Positions 34,400 to 46,989 of a DNA stretch of 64,000 nt are shown one piece after another. The stretch is from Eledone cirrhosa. Lineage: Eukaryota. Position numbers and translations under genes: made by a program. The first letter of the stretch is position 1. Every line of letters begins with the position of its first letter. The notes under the pieces are model-generated. The model was not told where the DNA came from. It saw only the letters and a program-made list of their open reading frames with translations, and did not search any database. The stretch lies in assembly GCA_964016885.1 (NCBI GenBank), contig OZ024741.1, positions 146,320,001-146,384,000 on the forward strand. Reading direction: 5' to 3'.

Positions 34400-37300
34400 T
34401 TTCATTCTTAAGCCACGCAGTGCTCACATTAAGGAACCACTCATGATAATAACAATTTAAAAGAGAAACAAAAAAGAAAACCCTGTGACCAAGAAATACC
34501 GGGATGGCGGCCGGCGGGGAATAGCCGTGTCTCTAGGGGAGGATGACCCCTCTAGTCTTGGTTGACACTCGTCCTAAGAGTGGTAACACAAAATGATTAC
34601 CCCTTGGCGGTTAAGGATAAAACTAAAAAAAAATAAAGTCAATGTCAAATGATAAAATCTCATACCGAATCGGCCGTCACAAGGGTCAAATAGGGCCGCG
34701 TCCCTCAGAGAGGAACCAGACTGCCTCGAAAAATCAGCTAATGGTTCAAACCTTCCCATCAATTCGGAGCTGGAGACCTCCCACAACCGGAATACTCCTA
34801 CTGTTGGCCCTCCATGCTCACCACCAAGAAATCCAAGGGAAGACAATAAAGAAATCCTTGAGGCTTTCTACACTGCCATGTACTACCCATCAAATAGATC
34901 GAATACAGAACAGACATATATCATCTGGAAAAAGAAACATCCTGCAAACAGAGGCTATATTGTCAGTAACAAACTAGCTAATATACGAAGAAATATTGTT
35001 AAAAAAATGTTACTAACCGATATAGAAATTGATCAGATCAAGCAATTAGCACAAAGTCATGGAAGGGAAAATGAAACATGTGTCAGTGAAACCGAGGTAA
35101 ATTGTAACACTTTGAATCCAAGGGTTGGGCCGAAATGGTGACAGCAGAAGAAATTAAAGAAAGGATCGAAAAAGTGGAGGAAGTGCATGCTCAAGATGAA
35201 ACTCAAAATGAAAACAATGAGATGGTAAATGATAAAGAAATGAATGAGAATGAACTTGCCAACTTGAAGGATGAAATTATGATTGAATGGATGAAAATGA
35301 AAGAATCTGACATGGGGCAACGAGACACTCTCCCTAGGATCCAGAACTCCAAACAGAACCAAAAGATAATACACAAGAGTAACATAATTCTCAAAAACAT
35401 TATCATCACAAACAAACTAAACATTACTGATCTAAATCATCTGTATTATGCATCGGCTAAAGTCACCACTCACTTATGAGGAGTGAAACTGAAAAAACAA
35501 AGGAATTCCCACAAAAAATCTACTTGGCAAGAGAACATCAATCGCCAAATAAACCTTCTCTGATCTGACATAGAAATTTTAACAAACTACAAAGTAGGTG
35601 AACATGTTAAAGAATCTAAACTTAGAAAATTGAAAAGAAAATACAGTATAAAATCAACAAGTGACATAGACATGCTGATAGAAATAATCAAGCAAAAAGT
35701 GTTGGCCAAAGCTGCTCATATAAGGTGCTTTGAAAAACGATCTACATTCCATAAGGACAATAATATGTTCAAAAACAGCCAAAGAAACTTCTACAGAAAA
35801 ATTGGCAAATCAACAATAACTGCTAAATCAATACCAACCAAGGTGGATGTGAAAGAATTCTGGGAAAAGATCTGAGCCGAAGAAAAAGTTCATAATATAC
35901 ATGCCCCATGGATAGACAGACAAATGAAAGATACAGCTCACCTTGAGGAACAAACATGGGAAAATATAACAGTTGAACAGTTGCGTTTGGCTCTTAGAAA
36001 AACCAGCAAATGGAAATCCCCAGGAAAAGACAAAATACCAAATTTTTGGATAAATGCCTTCACAGAGTGTCATGAGCTGTTAGCCCAACTTTACAATGAA
36101 ATAGTTAAGGAGCCAGAAAAGATACCATCATGGCTAATTAACGGTATTACATTCCTGCTTCCGAAGAATGATGAGACAAACAATCCCAAAAATTACAGAC
36201 CGATAACTTGCTTGACCACAATGTATAACATTTTAACATCAGTCCTAACTGAATATATATATGAACACCTGATAACAAATGATCTATTTCCCAATGAGCA
36301 GAAAGGGTGTAAACGAGGCTCATATGGCTGTAAAGATCAGCTTTTGGTTAACAAAAGGATACTGGAAGACTGTCATAATAGACACAAAAATCTATCAATT
36401 GCTTGGATAGATTATAAAAAAGCATTCGATAGTTTGGATTGAAAAATGTTTAGAGATTTTCAAAATATCTCCCGTTGTCAGGAGGTTCTTGTCATTCAGT
36501 ATGAAGACATGGAAAATGACACTCGTTTTGAATAGTGAAAAAAAATCACTGGAAGCTGGAGAAGTTAATATTAATTGTGGAATTTTTCAGGGTGACTCTT
36601 TATCACCACTTTTATACTACATCACACTTATACCATTAAGTAAAGTGCTCAATGAAACAAAACATGGATATAAAGTCTATGACAAAACCATTAATCACTT
36701 GTTCTACATGGATGACCTGAAACTATTTGCAAAAAATGATGAACAATTGCAAGGGCTATTATCCACTGTGGAGCAGTTCAGTGATGACATTAAAATGGAG
36801 TTTGGACTAGATAAATGCACCAAAGCAACGTTCACCAGAGGAAAGCTCCTGAAAAGTTCAGACATTAATCTTGATCGGGGGAATGTAATAAGAGAACTTG
36901 AACAAGAGGAAACTTACAAATATCTAGGTGTTTGTGAAGGAAACGGAATCAAGCACTCAACAATGAGGGAAAGGATAAGGAAGGAATGTTACGGCAGAGT
37001 AAGAGCAATCTTAAGAACGGAATTGAATGCAAGGAATAGGATCGATGCCATAAACACGCTTGCCATACCAGTAGTAACCTACAGTTACAATGTCATCAAC
37101 TGGTCAAGCACAGAGATCCGTAGGCTCGATACAAAGATTAGAAAATTCTTAACCATGCACAGAATGCATCACCCGAAGACAGATACAGATAGAATATATC
37201 TCCCTAGGAAAGAAGGAGGACGTGGGTTAATCGAGTTAGATATTGCGTTGAAAACTGCAACAATTGGATTATCTACATACCTAAGGGAATCACATGATTG

Positions 37301-38415
37301 GATGATCAAACTCGTTTTGAAACACGAAAGCATCAAAAGATCATACTCCATTACAAAAGATGCACAAAGATGCAGTAATGAACTGCAAATTTCAGAAGTC
37401 CCATTTACTGCTGAAATGGAAAACACATAAAAAGCAAAGCAGAACTGCAAAGAAAGAACTGCTACAGAAACTGGCTAAGAAATGGCAAGAAAAGCCTCTG
37501 TATGGAAAATACCCAGAGAGAGCTAACAATCCTGATGTTGACAAAACTTTAACCCATCAGTAGTTGGCATCCTCTGGACTGAAATCAGAGACTGAAGGAC
37601 TGATTATATCAGCACAAGATCAGTGACTGCCAACAAAAAATTACCAAGCCAACATAAAAAATGGATGCAACCCATTATGCCGTGTATGTAAAAAACAACC
37701 AGAGACCATTGATCATATAATTTCAATGTGCAGTCCTATAGCTCCAACCAAATACCTAAACAGACATGAGAGCTGCACAATACATACATTGGATAATGTG
37801 TAAGCATTTTGACCTGCCCCATCAAAAGAATTGGTGGGAGCATCAACCACCTCCCATACTTGAAAAAGATCACATCTCAATCTTGTGGAACTTTAGTATC
37901 CAAACAGACCGAAAAATAGATGCAAATAGACCTGATATAATACTGAAGGACTTTAAAAAGAGGGTATGCCTGCTAATTGATATGTCCGTTCCAATAGACA
38001 AGAATGTATCTATAAAAACATTTGAAAAATTGAACAAGTATAAGGACCTGGAGATAGAAATTGGAAAAATGTGGAAATTGAGAACTAAAACAATACCAGT
38101 GGTTGTAGGCGCTCTAGGAATGATACCTAAGGGGTCTAATGATTACTTATCGCAAATCCCAGGAAACCCACGTATAGGAGAAATACAAAAGATAGTACTA
38201 ATGGGAACTGCCCATATACTAAGGAAGATTCTGTCAATATAAGTACACCACAAGTCTAAACACCTAAAGATACATGTGTGTGTATGTATGTTCTTTCTTG
38301 AACATGGCGGACCTTGTTGTCTCTTGAGGTCACTGGTTGTGACTTGGTGATAACTTGTATGAACATAAAGCAAGATAAATGCAACTGTAATAATAATAAT
38401 AATAATAATAATAAT
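34400..38415 (+). mobile_element. Near-full-length Dong/R4-clade RLE LINE, family B (~4 kb), with stops and frameshifts
   Basis: Single disrupted ORF ~34642-38242: WKSPGKDKIPNFW, NYRPITCL, WIDYKKAFDS, GIFQGDSLSPL, FYMDDLKL, YKYLG, GGRGL, CRVC...HIISMC, RPDIILKD...LIDMSVP; (TAA)n tail; 5' boundary approximate. Confidence 0.92.
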
Positions 38416-39062
38416 GTGTAGGATCTGTGGAGAGAGAAAGGAGACTGTGGCTCACATTGTATCTGAGTGTAAACACCTAGCCCAGACTCACTATAAAGGC
38501 TGGAGACATGATGTGATGGGCAGGGTGATCCACTGGCACCTATACAAAGTAAACAATTTACCACATTCTGAGAAGTGGTATTAGCATAAGCCAGAGTCGG
38601 TGATAGAAAACGATCAGGTGAAGGTGCTATGGTATTTTAGGATACAGATGGACAAGAAATTAGAACACAATAAGTCTGACCTGGTGGTTTTGGACAAGGA
38701 AAAAAGATTGTGCCTGGTTGTAGATGTAGCCTGCCCATTTGACACGAGAGTGCAAGAAAAGGAGAGGGAGAAAATTAACCGATACCAGGACTTAAAGTGG
38801 GAGGTAAAAAGGATTTGGAACTGCCATGAAGTCAAAGTTGTCCCGATTGTCATAGGTGCACTAGGTATTATCTCAAAAGATTTCCAGGGATGGTTAAAGA
38901 AAATTGGCCCCGCCCCGCTTTTTGGAACACTTCAAAAGGCATGCTTGCTGGGAACAGCAAGAACCCTCCGATACGTCCTGAATATCTGAGGCTGCAGGTA
39001 GCAGCTTGATATTCATTTCAACAAACTTTCCAGTTAAATAACATTAATGACTGAGACTCAAA

Positions 39063-39131
<69 letters not shown>

Positions 39132-39150
39132 AATGATAATAATAATAATA
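38415..39150 (+). mobile_element. Dong/R4 family A 3' fragment with long (TAA)n tail
   Basis: ORF 38600..38989 RLE domain; family A 3'UTR. Confidence 0.9.
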
Positions 39151-39392
39151 AAAAGAATTTAAAAAATATCTTGTCATGGAAGACAGAAAATCCACCAAGC
39201 ATTAAACACAATGCCCCTTTAAAGATATGATTTACAACCAAGTGTGGTAATATATATTTACTATTTGTGGTTATACTGCTATAAATTATTAACCCCAATT
39301 ATATTTCTAGATTGAAGATTGTGTTTAATATTTGTCTGACATTTATTAATATCTGGCAGGGAAAATGATAATCTCTCTCTCTCTCCCACTCT

Positions 39393-39438
<46 letters not shown>

Positions 39439-39769
39439 GAGTGTGTGTGTGGGTGACGTGTGCATGTGTGTGGTTATGAGTGTGTGATAAAGAGAAAATT
39501 ACTTTGTAAAGAAAACAGTAAAAAATATATGAAGAGATTCAGTAAGATAGGGAAAAAAAATTCTTTGTCAGTTATAGACAAATAAATTTTGTCTCTGCTC
39601 TGTTGATATAAGAAAATATATTTACTTTGCCAGACAGTAATAGATAGATTAATTCATTGTTGATCTAATGAACCATATTTAGCTTGCCTATTAGCAAACA
39701 TGTGTATGTACATGCGCACACGCACACATAGATTTATGTATATGTATGGATGCATGTATTTAAACACAC

Positions 39770-39865
39770 ACATATATATACGTATATATATATACATATA
39801 TATATATATTTATATATATATATATATGCATATATATACATACATATATATTTATATATATATAC

Positions 39866-39938
<73 letters not shown>

Positions 39939-39940
39939 CG

Positions 39941-40010
<70 letters not shown>

Positions 40011-40057
40011 CGTATATATATATACATATATATATATATTTATATATATATATATAT

Positions 40058-40112
<55 letters not shown>

Positions 40113-40202
40113 TATATACAAATATATACATATATATATACAAATATATACATATATATATATACATATATATAGATACATATACATACATATATATATA
40201 TA
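39770..40202. repeat. Long interrupted (TA)n microsatellite
   Basis: Direct reading. Confidence 0.95.
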
Positions 40203-41022
40203 CCCTTTTCAAAGACCTCCCTGTATAGATAAGAAATGCATAATCTGTAAACTAACCCCATATTAACTGTAAAACTAGAAATGTAGTATATATCATAAGA
40301 TGTACTGAAGGACAATGTAAAGATAAGAATATAGAGTACATAGGTGAGACAGCTCGTAGTATAGCAGAACGGTTAAATGAACACGGGCGAGAGCTTCAAG
40401 ATAAAAAAGAATCATCAATACTCCACCAACATGCTAAAATAGAACATAAGGGCAAATTAGAGAACATAGAAATAAAAATAGAATCTACACATAGAAAAGA
40501 CGCAATGTTTAGACAAATCACAGAGGCAATAAACATAAATGAACTCCAACCAAAATTAAATAGAAAACATGAATGGAATAGCAACATGACAACTTACAAT
40601 TAAGGACAAAATGAAAACACACACACATATAACAAACAACCAACCAGTAACATGTAAATAAACAAATAAAAACACACACAAACACCCGGATGTAACACAT
40701 GCGCAAACTAAGCACACACCACACACAAAAACAAGATGGCGTAGGACAGAACAAAGAAGAGGCACAAAACAATGAAAAGAATCCCTAGTCACTGAAGAGG
40801 TCCCAGAATGTGTGACGAAAGAACTTTGACAATATATGAACAACCGTCCAGTTGTGGAACCAACCAACTGGAAATTTATAAATTCTTTAATTTATAATAA
40901 ATTGGAGTGAAAGCAACTGGTGCGTGTGTTTCTTATTGGCAACATGACCCTCCCAAAGTATAACAGTATCGGTTTCAACACACGTTTTCAGATAAAGAAT
41001 CTTGCTAAACAAATTCAGAAAC
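40203..41022 (+). mobile_element. Penelope-like element 3' part: GIY-YIG endonuclease, 3'UTR and hammerhead
   Basis: Manual translation of 40265-40603: NCKTRNVVYIIRC...EYIGETARSIAERLNEH...LHQHAKIEH...RQITEAININELQPKLNRKHEW; preceded by C..C..C. Confidence 0.88.
40788..40830 (+). ncRNA. Minimal type I hammerhead ribozyme
   Basis: GTCA-CTGAAGA-G-GTC..GAC-GAAA-GAAC-TT-TGAC; downstream of the GIY-YIG ORF as expected for PLEs. Confidence 0.6.
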
Positions 41023-41086
41023 GATATATATATACACACATATATACATATACATATGTACACACACACACACACACACATATATA

Positions 41087-41789
41087 CCCAGAGTGTCAAT
41101 AACTTGATAAGTTATTGGGAAAACAGAGGAGGGACGGGAGGAAAACAAAAGGGAATAAAAGAGAAAACAGCAAAAAAAAACAGCGTAAAACAACAACAAA
41201 CCGAACAATGTGCGAGCAACTTAAGGTAAGAAAATCCCAGACCATACAATGAGAGAACTTAAGTTCAAGACTGTGTGGGCGAGAGAAAAGACACACGTCT
41301 GACCCTAGCGAGTTGTAAGTGAAAAAAGAACTACTGGGGGGTGAGTCGAGGGGAAACAATGAGGTGGCAAGCAGAGAGAGGATGAGTGAAAGTGAGAGGA
41401 AGAAAGTGGGGTAGGAGTAGATAGTAACGAAATAGTTAGGTAGAAGAAGAGAGAAGACTGGTAGAGAGAATGAGTGAAAGTGAGAGGGAGAAAGCGAGGA
41501 AGAAAGAGGGGTGAGAGTAGATAGTAGTGAAATAGGTAGGTAGAAGGGGAGAGAAGAATGGTCACAGCGAAAACATAAAAGATATGGAGAATAGAAATGG
41601 TTGAGTAGTTGCTATTTAAGGTAGCTTAAAATGCAGTGGGAATAAGAAGAAAGCAACAACGGGGGGGGGGGGGGGGTTAGCTTTTCTCATCAGTTGTCTA
41701 CTGGGGTCTCGGATATTTCTACGCTTTAAAGACAAGATATCTACCCCCCAGAGCGTCAATAACTGGGTAAGTTATTGGGAAAACAGAGG
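41087..41789 (-). mobile_element. Non-coding element with ~43-bp terminal direct repeats in (TA/CA)n; probable PLE pseudo-LTR
   Basis: CCCAGAGYGTCAATAACT..TAAGTTATTGGGAAAACAGAGGA at 41087 and 41747. Confidence 0.5.
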
Positions 41790-42825
41790 ACACACATATG
41801 TATACATATATACATACATATATGCACACACATATATATATATATACACATATATATATATATATATATACATATTTATATAAACACATATATATAAACA
41901 TATATATATATATATATATATTGTTATGCTTTGGGAGGGTCATGTTGCCAATAAGAAACACACGCACCAGTTGCTTTCACTTCAATTTATTTGTTAAACA
42001 AATTCGGAAACGAAATATATATATATACATATATATATTTTGTATATATCCATATAGATATAGTTATACTTAGGGAGGATATATATACACACACATATAT
42101 ATATATACATACACACCACACACACAGATATATATATATATATATATATATGCATATTATGTTTGGCAATATACTGTACGTTTAATTAAAATCATTTTGA
42201 AGACCATTCGTTATGAGTTTTAAAGTAGTGACTATTTCACTTACTTATTCTCGGTAAAAGCAAAGAAGAGTGATCAGTCTCTTTCTCACTCGTTAGCATT
42301 TATCAAAACACTCACTCCCTTATTTCTGTTGCAATTTATAGAAGCTGGATTCTTAGAGAATTCCTGTAATATTGAAGAGCTGATTAAACAGAATTGTTGC
42401 TGGTCTAGCAAAAATTAGGTATTAAGATTGGTGCTCTGAAATAGCGATGTATACATGAATGTATGTATAGTATATTTGGCAATATACAGTATGTTTAATT
42501 AAACACATTTTTTACTTGTAAAGGTCAATTCAAAGAATAGTACATGCACTTGAGGGTGTCTCTTGAAAACCTGGTAGCCTCACATTGCTGGTGCACTTTT
42601 TTTGGTACACTACAGCTGCAAATCCGTCAGCAAACTGCAATTGGAGAAAAAATACGTTTATTTTGTCTATTCTTTCCTTACATATATAATTTGATAGGAA
42701 GTTGATTAAATGATTATTTTTTAATACTTTCAGTCATTGAGCAGAACTGGTCATGGCGGGACACCACACACATATATTTATACTTATGTATCTGTGTGTG
42801 TATCTTATTATTACATATATATACA

Positions 42826-45598
42826 GTCCCTCCCTGGTGAAGAATGCACCTCTCAACATAACCTAAAAGTTAGCCAACTCATAGTTATGGCTAGACAAAT
42901 TCGTCAACAGAGGACAACCTGGAAGAGAAGAATGTGGAAGTTGAAGGACCTCACAGCCAGTAACAAATTTAGAGGTATGTTGCTTGATGCTTTTAAGAGT
43001 ATGGTAGAGCAAATAGAGACATACAATATAGAGGAGCAGTGAGAATTCCCAAAGATATCCTACTGATGGTGACAAACAAAATCTGTGGTTGGAGCAGGTC
43101 TCTAGGGAGAGGGATGGAGAGGGACTTGGTGATGAAACAGTAGGATAGAGAAGACATTTAAGGCCAATGAACAGGCATGGAAAGAATGGCAGGATGAGGG
43201 AAATAGAGAACACTAGCAAGAGAATAGGAGAGAAGCTACATGACAAGTGTACTTTTCAAGAAGGGAACCAGAAAATAAAAATAAATTTAAGCATGTTCTG
43301 CAATGCAAGGACCAAAGGCATGGGGTGTTCAGGATTGCAAGGCAGTGTGTCAGAGAAAATTGTGATGTCGTTGGGAAGAGGTGTGTCCACTGATTCTGAA
43401 AAGAGGGTAACATGGAAGTGCCACTATGAAATACTACTAAATGAGGAGAATGAATGGGATGAAGACAGTTTGTGCCCAAGTTGACCCAATAGAGAGACTG
43501 GCTATGCAATTTAGCAGTAGTATAGTAAGTAAGACAATCAAGGATATAAAGACAGGGATAGTTGCTGAGATACTGAAAGCATCTGCAATTGTGGGTCACA
43601 CGATGGCCAACCGTATTGTAAACCAATTAATATAAAGCAGTGGTATACCCATTGATTGACATAGCAGCATAATTGTCAACTGCTTCAAGGGAAAAGAGAT
43701 GCTCTAGACAGAGAAAACTATAGAGTCATTAAATTGGTTCACCAGGTCATGAAAGTCATAGAAAGAGTTATTGCACAGCTGATTAGGGACCAGGTTTACC
43801 TATATGAAAGGCAGTTTGGAATTGTGCCAGGTAAAAGTACCACAGATGCTCTATTCCTTGTGAGGCAACTGCAGAAGAAAAACCTGGCTAAATGTAAACC
43901 CCTTTACGTAGCTCTTGTTGGCCTGGAGAAAGCCTTTGACAGAGTCCCCTGTTACCATTATGGTAGGCTATTCAAAAACTAAGAGCAGATGAATGGCTTG
44001 TGAAGGCCTTACAAGCCATGATTGGAGGAACAGCCAGCAAGGTCAGAATTAACAATAACTATAGCGAAGAATTTAGCATGCAGGTCAGTGGCAATCAGGG
44101 ATCAGTTCTTAGCCAGCTCCTGTTTATTATTGTCCTCCTGGCTATGACAGAGGAGTTTAAGTCTGGCTGCCCATGCAGATGATCTAACCCTCATAGCTGA
44201 ATCCAGAGCAGAATTAGAGAAGAAATTCCAAACCTGGAAGCATTGCCTAGAATCAAAAGGTCATAAATTAGCTTGTCAAAGACTAAAGTCTTAGTGGGTA
44301 AAAAGGAAAACAGGGTCCAGATTCCTTCAGGGAAATGGCATTGCTCAGTGTGTAGAAAAGGAGTAAGTAGAAATTCCATCCTATGTCCCAAATGCAAACT
44401 ATGGATACATCAAAGATGTAATGGGATCACAGAAAGGCTATCAAAGAATGTAGGTTATATAAGCAGTTGATGCACAGGTGCAGTATGTAGCAAAAGCCAA
44501 CAGCATACTAGCTTCTTCAAATGCCAGACATCTCTGTTCTCTGTAGAAATAGTCAACAGTTTCCATTACCTGGGTGACCAAACCAGCAGTGGAGGAGGGT
44601 GTTCCAAAAGTACAGTAGCCAGAGTAAGAATTGGATGGAAAAAGTTCAGAGAGCTACTACTGCTTCTAGCTCAAAATAAAGGGCATATTGTATGATGCAT
44701 GTGTACTAACAGGAATGTTGCATGGTAGTGAGACCTGGGTGCTGTATGCAGAAGATTGGAAATAAATGAAGCTTGCATGCTTCAATGGATGTGTACTAAG
44801 AATGTACATGCCCAACATTGCGTGAATGAACTTAGAGAGAAATTGGGCATAAGAGGGATCAGAGGCAGTGTGCAAGCGAGGATGTTGCATTGCCATTGCC
44901 ATGTGATGCGCCTGAAGCATCATAGCTGTAAAAAGAGGCATTAGGGCAACCAAAGTTGATGGAAACTATGGAGTAGGGAGACCCAGGAAGACTTGGGATG
45001 AAGTGATAAAAACTGACCTTGCACAATTGCACCTCAAAGACAATGACACAGAATCATGATCTTTAGTGTTATACAGTAATACAAGACTCACATTCCTATG
45101 CACACAGACAGAAGCATACATCTAGAATGCACCTCTCAATCACTATCCTTGATGCACTGCCTACGCCCTAACACCCTACCCTCATCTGATCACAACACCC
45201 TTCTCCCATGCATATACACACCTGCCCCATTCCCCTGTCCATACTGTAAAGTGGTCATGTTGGTATCACAACAAAAAGCACCCAGCCCATACTGTAAAAT
45301 GGTCATGCAGGTGTCACGACAAAAAGCACCCAGCCCATACTGTAAAGTAGTCATGTAGTTGTGACAAAAAGCACCCAGCCCACTCTGTAAAGTGGCCGTG
45401 TAGTTGTCATGACAAAAAGCACCCAGCACACTCTATAAATATGGTTTGCGTTAGTAAGGACATCAAGCCATAGAAACCAAACCAGAAATAGTTCTATATG
45501 AGTAAGACATGGTCACCTGACCCAACTTGCCTAAAATGGATAACCTGTCTAACCCATGCTAGCATGAAAAATAGATGTTAAACAATGATGATGATGAT
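42826..45598 (+). mobile_element. Long degenerate RTE LINE copy
   Basis: QFGIVPGKSTTDALF, LEKAFDRVP, QGSVLSQLLF, CSVC..CPKC finger, GRPRKTW; five ~42-bp repeats; (GAT)n tail. Confidence 0.88.
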
Positions 45599-45753
45599 TA
45601 TATATATATATATATATATAAGTATGAATATATATATAATCATCATCATCATTATTTAACATCTATTTTTCATGCAAGCATGGCTGCTCAGCCATTAATA
45701 TGCATAAGGAAAGTATATACTTTCAAACATTCAATCGACTGACAGGAAGGTAT

Positions 45754-45796
45754 ATGATGCTGATGACAGCTAATAAGCTAGAAACTAGTTCATCGT
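45754..45796 (+). ncRNA. Minimal type I hammerhead ribozyme with palindromic stem III
   Basis: ATGATG-CTGATGA-C-AGCT aata AGCT-A-GAAA-CTAG-TT-CATCGT, inside a ~200-bp non-coding insert (45720-45915) ending in AATAAA and (TA)n. Confidence 0.75.
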
Positions 45797-46215
45797 TCCT
45801 TAGTGAATGTTGAACAAAAGGGCAACGATGGTTGCCGAACACTGTACGGCTACTAATTCGGGCTGTTTGTTTACAAACAAACCGAGCATTATAATAAATG
45901 TTCGGTAAACCCATATGTACATATATATATGTGTGCATGTATATATATATATATACATACTAATGTACGTATACATACATATATTTAAGTATCAGCCGTA
46001 CTAAGAGTGAGAAATGAAATTTCATTTTTTCCATTTATATATATATATATTATAAGAATATTTCGTTTCTGAATTTGTTTAGCAAGATTCTTTATCTTGG
46101 CAACATGACCCTCCCAAAGTATAACAATATTATAAGAATAGATTAAAGTTTAAGCAAAGAATCGCTGCTTTCACACTTAATGGAACCTTTGGATTTTAGT
46201 CTTCACATGTATTAT

Positions 46216-46254
<39 letters not shown>

Positions 46255-46798
46255 CATACATATACACAGAGTGAATGTTAGAGTTAAGTGTGAAAAGATG
46301 ATAGGGAAGGCAGGAAGGCGAGATGGAGTATATAGAGATATACTTCAGGAAATAGCAAAATCTCCATGTCATTTATCCAGAACAGAGGTCAACAGGTGGA
46401 CAAATAAACATTACATCAAATATCTGTGAAACCAATCAAGGACACCAGGCTAACATGTCTGACTGGTAAGGAGCTACTAAGTGGTTCTTTTAACAATTAA
46501 ATAGTGTTGGCTAACCTAAGGTAATTTAAAGGGATTATCAAAATAAGGCATATGAAGAAGAATTAGAGATAAATTAAAATACACTAAATTAGGTCTAGTC
46601 TGATTTAAGGTATTGTCATAGTCGTACAGTATAAGAGAGAAAGCATGGTATGTAACAATATGTGGGATAAAAAGATACAGGGTAAAAAAGAAAATGAGGT
46701 GTATATGTAATATGAGAAATCAATGCAAGGAAATATCAAAAAATAGCCTGGGATCTGGACACTGTTATCCAAACAGGTACATTGTGTTTAAATATATA

Positions 46799-46960
46799 CC
46801 ATATTTCCCGACGCCGAAGGCCCTTTGTCCTTGAGGACGCACCCTAATTTTGATAACCAAAAATTTGAAAAAAATTAATAAACAACCTCTGGCTTCCATG
46901 GTAGATTTTTGAGACTTATTTTATTGAAAAAAGTAGCATCTTCGACGCCCGGAAAGACAG
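46799..46960. mobile_element. Tc1/mariner (Tc2/pogo-like) MITE
   Basis: Imperfect TIRs CCATATTTCCCGACGCCGAAG / CTTCGACGCCCGGAAAGACAG; TA on both sides. Confidence 0.65.
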
Positions 46961-46989
46961 TAATGAGAATTGGGAAGATAGATAGGGGA

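Noticed and set aside
39700-40315. Long YI/IY-rich ORFs (also 5006-5335, 41719-42185, 48478-48691, 59015-59485)
   Set aside because: Translations of TA/CA microsatellites.
41680-41740. CTGATGA and GAAA on the - strand
   Set aside because: Could not assemble consistent stems in any hammerhead permutation.
42342-42418. + strand exon candidate AGFLENSCNIEELIKQNCCWSSKN
   Set aside because: Short, ends in a stop at the putative donor, no recognisable homology.
45240-45440. CRISPR-like regularly spaced repeats (also 59050-59430)
   Set aside because: Tandem units without unique spacers, in eukaryotic TE context, with no cas genes.
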